A DNA stretch of 64,000 nucleotides from Azolla caroliniana (Eukaryota > Plantae > Polypodiophyta): positions 7,378,001-7,442,000 of the forward strand of contig JBHGNT010000016.1 of the NCBI GenBank assembly GCA_043228905.1, in the 5' to 3' direction. A program made the position numbers and the translations under genes. This document shows, piece by piece, positions 50,974-62,400 of this stretch (within the stretch, counting starts at the first letter, position 1; every line of letters starts with the position of its first letter). The notes beneath the pieces were generated by a model. That model worked only from the letters and a program-made list of their open reading frames with translations. It did no database searches and was not told the origin of the DNA.

Positions 50974-52559
50974 GCATCTCTGAATATCGAAGTAGTGCCG
51001 GAAATGTTCTGTATCCAAAATCAATGTGTTGTCAACATTATATTCAGGCCAAGTAGCCCAAAAATCAAAAAATCTCTTGAATCGTGCAGCTTCCATTTGC
51101 TCACAATTTTCTCGTGCCCATTGACCTTTAAAATGACTTCGCCATTTTGGGAAGAACCTCGCTAAACACTCCCACACATCTGATTTTGGTTTTTCACTCC
51201 AAATAAACAAATCAAAGTATTGCACAGCCCACTCTAGAAACTGATTCGCGTCCCTCCTTGGCTGCATATATCTCACACTCATCAAGAATTTATCAAGCTC
51301 CAAGATCAAGGCTCTTCTTTCGACTTCTAGTGGTTTAGGTTTCCATTCCTGAAACTGAGCCGTTGTTACACCATTTTCTGGTAGGACACGATCAATCTCA
51401 ATCAGCTCAGGTTCTGCTGACACAATTGGCGTCCTTTTCCTCTTCAAACCCCTAGTCGACTATGTTGGGCCTCGCTTCACATTCTAGTGCTCTTGTTTTG
51501 TCGACTTAGTTATCAATCCTTGGATTACCTCGGTGCATGTAGCTACTGATCTGCTCAATATAAGTCCACTGGTATCACATGTTGCATCTACCTACAACAT
51601 CAAGTCATCCATGCAACATGCTTGATCAACTTGTGTGACCAGATCACTTGTGTTAGTTGCTACATCTACTTTCAAGATGGGGCCCTTTAAACACGCCGCA
51701 AGATCAACGGTATCCACACTGCCATCGGCCTTACGAGCAATACAATCAAACCCTTTAGACTCTACAACATCAGAAAACACCAACATATTCTCACTCACAA
51801 AGTAACTAACAATCTCACAAAACAACATAATGAACTTTAAAGAGTTTCAGTCATAGAACAACACTCTTCAAATTATCTTGGAAAAACATCATAGAGTTCC
51901 ATTACATAATGTGGATCAAGCAACAACCAATCGGAGGTTTTACTTCTCCAACAGGATAGCAAAACTTCATAAAACCCTAGCAAAATCCCTAAGCTAACAA
52001 TCATATCCAACTAAACAGTATTTCGTTCCACTACGTCTGGGCCCCTTGACCGAGTAACTGGTCTTGTTCCCGATCGTGGCCCCTTCTTCAACCTTTTTCT
52101 GGTCGGTTGCCCATTTAGCCTTGCTTCTTTCACCCAATGCGCAAGTGTGTCCTCCTCCGACAACCTGCCCATCGGCTCAGCAGCTAATTGCACATCAGTC
52201 GTTTCTTGTACTAGCTTTTCAAGTACAGAAGGATCTGTTTGGACATTTTCAGTAGTTGGGCTCGGTGGGGTGGAATCAAGGTCTTGAGATTCGAAGAAAT
52301 GTTGCATCAAGTGTTCAAAAACACTGTTGTTGTGAACGTCAGTTTTACATGTTGTTTCCACTATTTCATGGCATTTCACATCGTTGCCTAATTCAGTACA
52401 CTGTTCCAAAAGAATAGGGTGGAGCTTATCTGAAGGAGATGTGATAGCAGGACTCTTTACTTTCAGCCACGTTGGCAGCTATCTCCTCATCTGTTGCAGC
52501 GTCATCAGCACCACACACATCATGTGCTGTCCTTAATCCACAAGATTCTACAATAACAT

Positions 52560-53400
52560 GGCAGCTATTTAGGATAGCTAATTAGCTACTTTACTAAACT
52601 ATGGTAGTAGCTAGGATAGCTAATTAGCTACTTTACTCAACTATGGTAGTAGCTAGGATAGCTAATTAGCTACTTTACTCAACTACGGTAGTAGCTAGGA
52701 TAGCTAATTAGCTACTTTACTCAACTATGGTAGTAGCTAGGATAGCTAATTAGCTACTTTACTCAACTATGGTAGTAGCTAGGATAGCTAATTAGCTACT
52801 TTACTTAGTTATGGTAGTAGCTAGGATAGCTAATTAACTACTTTTCTCAACTATGGTAATAGCTAGGATAGCTAATTAGCTACTAGGATAGCTAATTAAC
52901 TACAATGATAGCTAATTAGCTACTTTCTCAACTATGGCAATTGCTAATTAGCTAGTAGGATAGCTAATTAGCTAGTAGCTCATTAGTTGCTAGTAGCTAA
53001 TTAGCTTTTTTACACAACTATGGTACTAGCTAATTAGCTATCATTGTAGCTAATTAGCTATCCTAGTAGCTAATTAGCTATCCTAGTAGCTAATTAGCTA
53101 CTAGGATAGCTAATTAGATAGTAGCTCATTAGCTGCCAGTAGCTAATTAGCTAGTAGGATAGCTAATTAGCTACTTTACACAACTATGATACTAGCTAAT
53201 TAGCTAGTAGCTAAGTAGCTGCCAGTAGCTAATTAGCTGCCAGTAGGATAGCTAATTAGCTAGTAGCTAACTAGCTGCCACTTATCTAATTAACTACTGT
53301 AGTAAACTATGGAAGTAGCTAATTAGCTACTAGGATAGCTATTAGCTGCTTTAATCAACTATGGTAGTAGCTAATTAGCTACAACGATAGCAGCAAAATA
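52560..53400. repeat. TAGCTAATTAGCTA satellite (39-bp units) in the intron after the RING exon of A
   Basis: GGATAGCTAATTAGCTACTTTACTCAACTATGGTAGTAGCTA tandem units. Confidence 0.95.
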
Positions 53401-53467
53401 GTTTCCATATTTTTTACGGCTTAACTAATTAGAAAAGACTAAGCTTATTAGCTACAGTATGGTATAC

Positions 53468-53807
53468 CTGTTAGTTTTCTCCACTCATTTGGCAGAGTTG
53501 TACTGCAATCTCCCAAACAGAATGCAGCAATTCGACAGGCATATTGAAAACAAAGCAGATGGTATGTGTGGTTGCATGGTTGTAGGTGAACCAACAAAGA
53601 CGCAGTTTTCTCCTCCACACCTAACCCGCAAGCGATGCAACGTGCTTGAATTGTCAATAAATCATTTTCTGGTTCTCCTTCATTTGGTAAGGGAGCAAGA
53701 ATGTTCAGGTCCAAATCCTGTCTGCTCCTTACCATTCCCTCCACAAAATGTAGCTGCTTCTTAAGACAGCTAACTACCTGTTCTTGATGAATGTATTGCT
53801 CCTTCAA
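53468..53807 (-). CDS. RING-H2 zinc finger exon
   Basis: CIAC..PCNHTYHLLC..CLGDC gives a C3H2C3 pattern; ends at a CAG|GTATAC donor. Confidence 0.85.
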
Positions 53808-54754
53808 CGCAACAGAGAAATTTACCGATTAATTATTCTTGTCTGAGAAAGATACACCAACTTTGCTCAGGAATCGTTAACTTACTTGAAGCTTTTCCAA
53901 ATTGTAATCTGCAACAGTATTTACACCTAGAAGGTCCAGGTTCATTGAAAGAACCTGGATCTCTATTTGCAGTTGTATTTTACGTTGGGGATCCAGTGGC
54001 CCCTCTAATTCAAGCTCCTGTTGCGCAACCTATTCCAGATAAGGCTTGATTAGCACATTTTACCCTTAAAGTTATTTATAACACAATCACATACCAACAA
54101 AACAATAGTTACCTGAATCTTATTTCTAATCATTGTAACAACGGAAGTAACTTTGCTCTCCATTGCAGAAGCCATTGTGGCTTTCTCTAAATCAGTCTTA
54201 AAAAAGGCCAATGCCTCACAGGCTTTATGGACATTTTTTAGCATATAGCGAACCAATGTCTCACCTGTATCATCGACATTGGCTTTCCTTGGGTGTCGGT
54301 GTGGTGTATGCCCCAGGTTTTGCTGGGAGTCGGCAATTGCATCAACAGCTGCCATGCTCCAAAATTTGTCTATTTTTTGTGCCAAGGTCCCCATCTTTCG
54401 GCATCTTTCTACCGATGCCTCACCATTGACTGCCCAAGCTACCCTCTACATTTCAGGGTCTCTGGATTCCTTCGTTGTTTTGCAGTACTCATATGCAAAT
54501 GCTCTAGCAAATGAAACTGACAACTCATTGTTGACTAGGATCTCCTGATAAACTTTTTGGTGCAGCCTCATGCAATCATCGTACAAGTCGGCTCATACAT
54601 GCTTCAGCTTGACCTTGCCTTTGACTCTAGGCACTGCATATACTATCATCCACCCTCAACTAACAAACCATAGGTGTTGTGGAAGTCCTCCTTTGTCTCA
54701 CAAAATTTTGCGAAGTTTAGCACTCTCGGATAAGGAGGAACGAGCCATCTGAAA

Positions 54755-55560
54755 TATCAAATCAGAAATCAGAAATAGTGCAAAATCAGAATATGTCAGA
54801 ATCAGAAACCCCAATCAACAACAACAGAAATAGTGCAAAATCATTAACTTAGCAAATCAGAAACCCCTTTCAGAAATTGCAATCAGATATTTGTAAACAG
54901 AAACCCTAATCATAATTTGCATTCAGAAATTTGAAATCAAAAACCCTAATCAAAATCTGTAATCAGAAGTTTGTAACCAGAAACCCTATTTAGAAATTCT
55001 AATCAAAACCCTAATCAGAAATTTTAATCAGAAACCATAATCAGAAAATTGTAACCAGAAACAGAAACCCTAATCATAATTTGTATTCAGAAATTTGAAA
55101 TCAGAAACCCTAATCAAAATCTATAATCAAAAGTTTGAAATCAAAAACCCTAATCAAAATCTGTAATCAGAAGTTTGTAACCAGAAACCCTATTCAGAAA
55201 TTCTAATCAAAAATTTATAATCAAAAATCCTAATCAGAAATTTCAATCGAAAACTGTAATCAGAAATTTCAATCACAAACCCTAATCAGAAATTTATAAA
55301 CAAAAACCCTATTTAGAAATTCTAATAAAAAATTTATAAACAAAAACCCTATTCAGAAATTCTAATCTGTAATCAAAATTTGTAACAAGAAAGCCTATTT
55401 AGAAATTCTAATCAGAAATTTATAATCAAAAACCCTAATCAGAAATTTCAATCACAAACCCTAATCAGAAATTTCAATCACAAACCCTAATCAGATATTT
55501 CAATCACAAACCCTAATCAGAAATTTATAAACAAAAACCCTAATCAGAAACCCCAATCAT
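54755..55560. repeat. Degenerate AAACCCTAATCAGA repeat in a 5' intron (55604-54749) of accessory gene A
   Basis: Many AAACCCTAAT and AATCAGAAAT units between a GTATG donor and a CAG acceptor on the minus strand. Confidence 0.85.
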
Positions 55561-56059
55561 CACTAAAGACAAGATTAAACACAAAAAAAGTAATATAAAC
55601 ATACCTGCTGCTAGTCCCCGATCTGCTAGTCCCCTATTCGATTTTGGGGAAATATGAATCGGCACCAAAGTTCAAACAGTAGTAAAAAAGAAAAAACAAA
55701 TGTTTGGGGTTTCTGTAACTGAAACATACCTAGATGATGATCGAGCGGGTTTTGTGTTGTAGCTTTGAATCTGCAATGTCGATTTTCTGCTGCTGCGGGA
55801 GCTACGTCTACATTCGTGCTCTGAGTACTCCATTTGCATTCAAAATCAAACTTAGGCTAAACAGGAAATTGATGACATTGAAGTCGACCTTAGATGATGG
55901 TGTTATTCCCCAAGTTTCACTACATCTGAAACAGAAGTTCAAATATTTGAGTTTTTTCATAAATTAGTTTTTCAAATATTTAATTTTCCCACAAAAAAGA
56001 CTAGCTAAACAAATAGTTAATTAGCTATGGCCATTTTAGTAGCTAATTAACTATAATGG

Positions 56060-56084
56060 TGTTTCCACTCGCATGCTTTTACCC
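56060..56084 (-). repeat. Right TIR of element A
   Basis: Reverse complement reads GGGTAAAAGCATGCGAGTGGAAACA. Confidence 0.92.
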
Positions 56085-56212
56085 GGTTCGCATTCTCATC
56101 TACCATTTCGTGCAAAGATATTCATATAGAGAGTCATGATTGGTGGGCTCCCGTTAGGTTTAGCCTTAAAGAGACGAGGATTAGGGTTCGATACTTGTTT
56201 CTTTTGCACCGT

Positions 56213-59200
56213 TGTTGCGAAGTTCCGCGCGTGCGTGTAGAAGGGCGGGACCACGGGGGTCTCGGACGAGGGAAGAAGGGAAGCCGAGAAGACGATTCCG
56301 GACGCGTTCCGAAAGCAACCGAACGAGAGGGAGAGAAAGAGAAGGAGCGTGCGCTTGACATCGACTCACACACACCACGCCGACCCAACTCACGCCCTTA
56401 TGTACAGGAAACGCGGGGAAGGGAAAGCACCTGACACCAACAAAGACACGAATATGCACAAACAGACGCAAATGTATATATTACAAGGGAAGAAGAAAAA
56501 CAAATACATCCCCGGCTTCGAGCCGGACAAAGGTAGGTTACAACAGCGGTTTGTTGCCAAGTCGCCAATCGGGGGCTCACGGGCTTGTCGCGCCGAGCGG
56601 GGTCTTGCGCAAGAGGCCGGGCTGAAGTAAACCTACAACAGGGAGAGATACAACCCCGGTCGTGAGACGGGTACGCTCAAGAGAAGAGGAGTTGACCTAA
56701 CAGCTTTCCCGCCAAAGCTGCCGCCCGAGTACTCGAGAAGGAGAAGAAGAAGAAGAAAGAAGAGACTAACCTTAAACTAACGGTATACCCTCTAATACAA
56801 AATGGGCAACCCCCTCGAAGAGGGCACTCCCTTCCTTTTATAGAACAAGGAGAGGGATGCGTTACAATGTGGGATAAATCCCAACTTAACTACTGTTCGG
56901 CGCCATAAAGGCACCCTCGTTATTCACACTAAATGTACAAGGATGAGCGCACATGCTGCACCCCGCCGATGTAGCCAACATTTCCCGGTTTTCGCCTCTG
57001 GCCGAAATTCTTCATGACATCCACCCCCACCAAACCGCACGTCCACCGGTACGTGCCAAATCCGGTGAAGGGTGAAAGATTTCGGCCGGTGAGAAAACCG
57101 GTCTTCTGTAATCCGCATCCCGGCTTGCTGCCGGTTTGAATCGTCGGCTTCAGTTCTTCCTTCGCGCTTACCTCCCCGTAGGCTCGTTCGACCCCTCGAT
57201 GGGTCCTTCGTCGCGATCTCCGTAGTACGCGTACTTCCATTGGGCCTTGTTCGGCTGTATGCACGCTCTGCTCTCCGTCGTACATCCAATGTCCTTCGCT
57301 TGAGGAACGCCTCCGTGGACCATTCGCGTGGTCCTGATTGTTGTCCCGTGTTGTTCCCCGCTGCCTTCGTCCCCTCACCGCCACCTTCCTTCTCCTTGGT
57401 CTTACGTCGCCACGTCGGCTCGGACCGCCAAGGCCTTCGGAACGGTGTGGAGGTTCCTTCTCCGGTCTTCTACGCACAACCTCCGAACCGGGCAACCCAT
57501 TCTTCGTGCTCGCCTTTCCGCTCCGGCACCTCTGTGTGCCGCCTTCCGCTTCCTTTGTTCGGCACCGCCCGTGCCAAACACCATCCCGTAGTCATGCTTC
57601 GATCCGACCCGCGATGGCCACTTGCGAGACTCTTGTTCTGCCCCAGGTGTGCCTTTTTGGTCCGACACACCTCCCCATGTTGCCCCTACCGGCTCCTTCC
57701 GAAACCGTAACCGGCCGGTAGGGGTTCCGCACTTCGTTTGCCCCGTCTTATCAACCTTTGTTGATGTTGGGTCTCGTTCCTTGCCGCCACCTTCCTTCTC
57801 CCTCGGTCTTACGTTGCGACGTTGGCTGAACAGCCGATGAAGATCTCATGGGACCGGTCTTCGTTCTCCTCTTCATCCCCCGTACTTCTCCCGAACTCGT
57901 CGTAGCTCTCTTGCTGCGTTCCCGCCTCAATCTTCCATCTCTTTTGGTCTTACGTTGCCACATCGGCCGAACAACCGAAGTCTCCGGATAGGATGTGGTG
58001 TAACTGATTCCGCAACGTCTTTCGGCGACTCGTCCGGGCCACCGCCCCTTTTAGTGGTGTCGGTGGATAGCATCCGCTCTTTGATCAATCAAGCCCCGCC
58101 TGGGCTTGATTCTCAAATGTCCAGAGTTTCGGCTCCAATGCCGACCTTGCCAGACTCGTTCCGAACCTCTGATCACCCTCCTTCCAATTCCCGACCTTCG
58201 CCCGGTCGGTCTTTCTCCCCATGTAAAAGAGGGCTGCTCATCTTGCACCCTCTCCCGTATCGGCACCTTTATGCCGAATCCGGCCCCGATCGAACAATCC
58301 ACGACCGGATTATGCACATCCGTTTTACGCCCTTGTCCGTAGCCACTGGCTCTTCGTGGTTGGCGGTCGTCTTCTTACCGATCGCGCAAGCCCCGTCTGG
58401 GCTTGCTTCTCCAATGACCGGGGTTTCAAGCTAACACGCCTGACAACGCTAGTTCCAACGTTCCGATCCCGCGATCGGTATCTCGGCCTCGTCCTTGGCC
58501 GTTCTATCTCCGCAAGTCGAGAGGGTGTTTTGTTCCGCACCCTCTCCCGTGGTACCGTCGTACCGATCTTCCGTCATCGCGTGGAGCAAGTCCGTCTCCT
58601 CAGTCTCGGCTTGCGGCCTCGATCTTTCCTCTTCCTCGAGCATCGCCTCGAGAGCTGCGTACGCCTCCGCAATCCTGGCCCCAACGCCGACCCTTGCCAA
58701 CTCTCTTTGTCGTTCGGCCTCTTCCCGCTGTGATGGCACGCCGTCGCGTGCCTTCCTCTTATCTTAGCCTTCTCAGTTCGCTCGTTGTCTAGCCATTGGC
58801 ACACCCTTCCGACCTTCAACCAGTCCTTCGTAAGCCCATTCGCTCCGGCATCGTCTTCGGGCTCAATCCCGATGGCCTCCCGTTCCGCTCGGTCGATCGA
58901 CCTAACGAACAATAGGACTTTGTCCGCCCCCACCAAACCTTGTTCCCGCTCCGGGATCCGAGCAAGCCGTCGCTCGAACTCTCGGAATGCCTTCGTTGCA
59001 CCCCGGTGGGTCTTTGCCGATGCTACCCACTGGTCGAAGTCGTACCGTCCCCGGCTCTTCCGCCGTCCTCCATATGCCTGCAGGAGTGCCTCTTCAAAGG
59101 CCTCCCACGAACTATGAGCGTCTCAGAGCTCCTACACTTCCGCGTGCATACGGACGACGATAGCCCGACAGAAGAACTCCAGCCTCAACGCTTTGTCCAC

Positions 59201-59494
59201 GTCTCGCTCCTCCATTTCCACGTTGTAGGCTTCCAAGTAAGATGGGACTTTGTCCCCGTTGAAACGGCCGACTCTTTCGACCACTCGCTCAACCGCTTGT
59301 TGTGCTGCTTCTCGCCTCATCACCACTCATGTCAACTCCAACACCACTTCGGCCACCATCTCTGCGAGGTCGTCTTCCGACTCCATCCTCCCTTGCCGCC
59401 CTTCACGTCGGGTTCACCAAATATGTCCCGAAGTTTCGCACGTGTGTGTAGAAGGGTAGGACCACAGAGGTCTCGAATGAGGGAAGAAGGGAAG
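56213..59494 (-). mobile_element. Non-autonomous gag-only Ty3/gypsy derivative, tRNA-Trp primed; 5' LTR interrupted by a copia
   Basis: 3' LTR 56213-57019 after PPT GGTGGGGGTGGA; 5' LTR begins at 59424; PBS 59402-59419 is the same as in the 28486-35584 element; gag fragments 59132..59326 and 58574..58936; no recognisable pol in the 2.4-kb interior. Confidence 0.82.
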
Positions 59495-62400
59495 TGTTGA
59501 GCGGCAAGCTCAACCGGAGCCGGATCGGCTGAGTAAGCCGGAGCCGGTAAGCGAGAAAGATCGGGCGAAACGGATCGGTATGACGGTGAGCAACCGAACC
59601 GGCAAGCAGTGGAGGCCGGGTGCAATCTGTAACCGGAAGACCAGTCGGAAGCCTAGTATTGGATAGAGTACTAGGTAACTATAGTCTCGTAGTAAGTGTC
59701 AGATGCTCGTGTGAGCATTGAAGTACATGGTACTTCTGTCAGTCCCAAGAGGACTTGTTTAAATAGTGCTACTTAGCATAGTGTGTGGAGAGAGTCTTGA
59801 TATAATTTGGAAATTACGTTCTGCTCTCTCTCTCTCTCCCTCTCCCTCTCTCTCTTTGTTGTTCTCTGTTTTACGCTTTCGCAAACACTTACGTTTTCAT
59901 GGTATCAGAGCGCGAGGGTTGAGAACCTCTGCTGCAGACATTTACTCTTGTGAAGAAAACCCTAACAGGTCGAAATAAGACACAGTAGAAGATATGGATA
60001 GAGGCATGGCTACGTCGCTCCCGGTGGAGAAGCTCGACAGGAGCAACTACGCATCTTGGTCTTACAAGATGCACCAGTACCTGCTTGGACACGGGTACTG
60101 GAGTTATGTTGAAGGAGCGAATGATGCGGCGCCCGACTCGACACACAAGGACTTCCCAGTATGGGAACAAGCGGCAAGCAGGGTGATGTACTGCTTCGCG
60201 TCCAGTGTCGGCAATCAGCTGCTCAGCCACATCCGTGACGCCAAGACACCAAAGGATGCTTGGGGGAACCTGAAAAAGGTTTTCGCCGCAAGCACCACTG
60301 CCCGGAAGCTGCAACTCAGACAGGAGTTGAGCAATGTTCGACAGAAGAACATGTCTGTGGCAGACTACACGGGCCGGATAAGGGAAATTTGCAACTCGCT
60401 CGCCTCTATCAATGTTACCGTAGAGGAAGACGAGATGGTGCAAGTATGTCTCGGAGGCCTGGCGTCCAAGTTCGGAGCGTTCCAGACTGCGGTCTGTACA
60501 AGGGAGAATACCCCTCATTCTTCGACTTATAGTCGATGTTCCTTGTAGAGGAGAACCATGCCGGTGCATCTACCAGTGCATCCCCGGACAGCCGAATGTT
60601 GTACACGGGAACGGATCGGCACTGTGGGCGTGGTGGAAGAGGTGGGTCGGCACGCAATGGAGGCGGCCGGCAAGAGCAGGAATGGAGGCACTATGAGTGT
60701 GCCGACAGCAGTTTTGGGACTTCCACAAGCAGGGGGAGTCAAGGCGGTGTCGGAGGCCTGCAAGACAAATCCACTACGGAATGCTGGTACTGTGGCAAAA
60801 AAGGCCACAGGGAAAGCCAGTGCTAGAGAAAGCATGCCGATTCGGACAAATCCGGATCTGGCAAGACCGGTAAGGATGGCCGGCAAAATTCGCACTACGC
60901 AAACGGATTAGGAGGATCCGGAACCGGAAAGGCCGGTAAGGGGCCAGCCTTGGTGATGAATCACAAGGCAAACTCAATGAAGAAGACCACTTCCAAAACA
61001 GAGGAAGTGTGGTATGTTGATTCCGGCACGTCGAACCACATGACGAGCCACAAAGAGTGGTTCTCCTTTTTGGAGAAACCGGATCAACCAGGAGTAGTCG
61101 AAACCAGAGACGACACTCCTCACCCAATCGTGCACGTCGGAGAAGTCCCTCTAAGCCACGTCGGACAGAAAGGGAAGCGGATGAACGTATTACACGTTCC
61201 GACGATCACGAAGAACCTGGTGTCCGTCGGTCAGATTGTCGACCAGGGGATGCAGGTGCGGTTTACGCACCTCGGGTGCTTCATTGAGGATGAGGGCGAA
61301 GTCATTGCGCAAGGGCGCAGAGACGGGAGGATGTTTATCCTCAACACCAATGACCTTGGCACCGCTCTGTTCGCGAAACGACAGAAGGTCGAGTCGAACA
61401 TCGACCTATGGCACAAGCGGATAGGCCATGTCAACTACCGGAGGCTTCAAGACCTGCAAACGAAACAAGTCGTTTTCGGTTTGCCGAAGTTCAGCGGCCG
61501 GAGAGCTGAAATTTGTGAAGCCTGCCGACTTGGGAAGCAACACCGGCTTCCATTCCCCACCGAACGGAACCGGAGTCGTAACAAGATCGATCTCATCCAT
61601 TCGGATGTGGGGACCGGCACAAAGTGTAAGCCTTGGCGGGAGCCGATACTTCGTCTCCTTCATCGACGACTATACTCGACATACTTGGATCTACCTCATT
61701 GAGCCGAAGAGCGAAGTCTTCGACTGTTTCCGGAGCCTCCAGAAGATGGTGGAACGGGAATCGGAGAGGAAGATCAAATGCCTTCGGTTGGATGGCGGAA
61801 AGGAATATTTTTCCGGCCAATTCACTAGTTATCTGCAGCAAAAGGGAATTCGGCGAGAGTTCAGCTGCAGATACACACCGGAGCAAAACGGTGTGGCCGA
61901 AAGGAAGAACCGAACACTCCTCGAAGCGGCAAGGACAATGCTGGAGGAGAAGAGCATGCCCCGGTTCTACTGGGCGGAGGCGGTCCAGACAGTCGTCTAC
62001 ATACAAAACCGCATTGGTGACAAGGTGTCAGCTCATGAGCTGTATTTCGGGCGCAAGCCGAACTTAAGACACCTTCGGATATTCGGCAGCATAGCATATG
62101 TGCATTTGTCGGATCAGAAGCGGAGAAAGCTGGATGCAAAATCGGAAAAATGCATTCTACTCGGCTATGCTCCAGAGCAAAAGGGGTATAAGTGCTATAA
62201 CCCCTGGACGAAGGAAGTCCGAGTTAGCCGGGATGTCGAGTTCGATGAATCGGCATCCTGGTACTCCGTACCGACTCCGACTTCCGATCCCGACCCAATG
62301 CCGAAAGATCAAGCCAGTGAGCCTGAATCAGCCTTGGAAGAGGATGATGAAGCCGGGACTCAAGATGAGAGTCCAGAATCGTTGCGGTTGAGTGGCCCGA

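Larger units (their letters stand above)
45279..54748 (-). pseudogene. Multi-exon accessory gene of element A: N-domain, coiled coil, RING-H2, acidic linker, Trp-rich C-terminal domain
   Basis: CAG|ATG at 54748 starts MARSS..LHQKVYQEILVNNELSVSFARAFAYE..VAW (several stops); RING ORF 53448..53807; intron 53467-52548; ORFs 52011..52409 and 50956..51447, the latter joining 45279..45472 in frame across the gypsy TSD. May be more than one gene. Confidence 0.72.
35665..56084 (+). mobile_element. Giant Sola2-like TIR DNA transposon, family A (20.4 kb; about 14.9 kb without the nested gypsy)
   Basis: 25-bp TIRs 35665-35689 and 56060-56084 (22/25 match); TSD GGTT at 35661-64 and 56085-88; paralogous empty site at 28336-39; spliced transposase plus convergent RING gene. 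Confidence 0.93.

Noticed and set aside
53448-53807. Host RING E3 ligase gene
   Set aside because: It lies inside TIR/TSD boundaries and has a homolog at the equivalent position in element B.
54755-55560. Interstitial telomere
   Set aside because: No contiguous (TTTAGGG)n; the motif is dispersed within longer degenerate units.
35665-56084. CACTA, Mutator, hAT or Helitron assignment
   Set aside because: GGG termini and a 4-bp TSD do not fit CACTA (3 bp), hAT (8 bp), Mutator (9-11 bp) or Helitron (none).
56134-59625. Many overlapping GC-rich ORFs on both strands
   Set aside because: Expected from low stop-codon frequency at high GC; only the gag fragments show homology.
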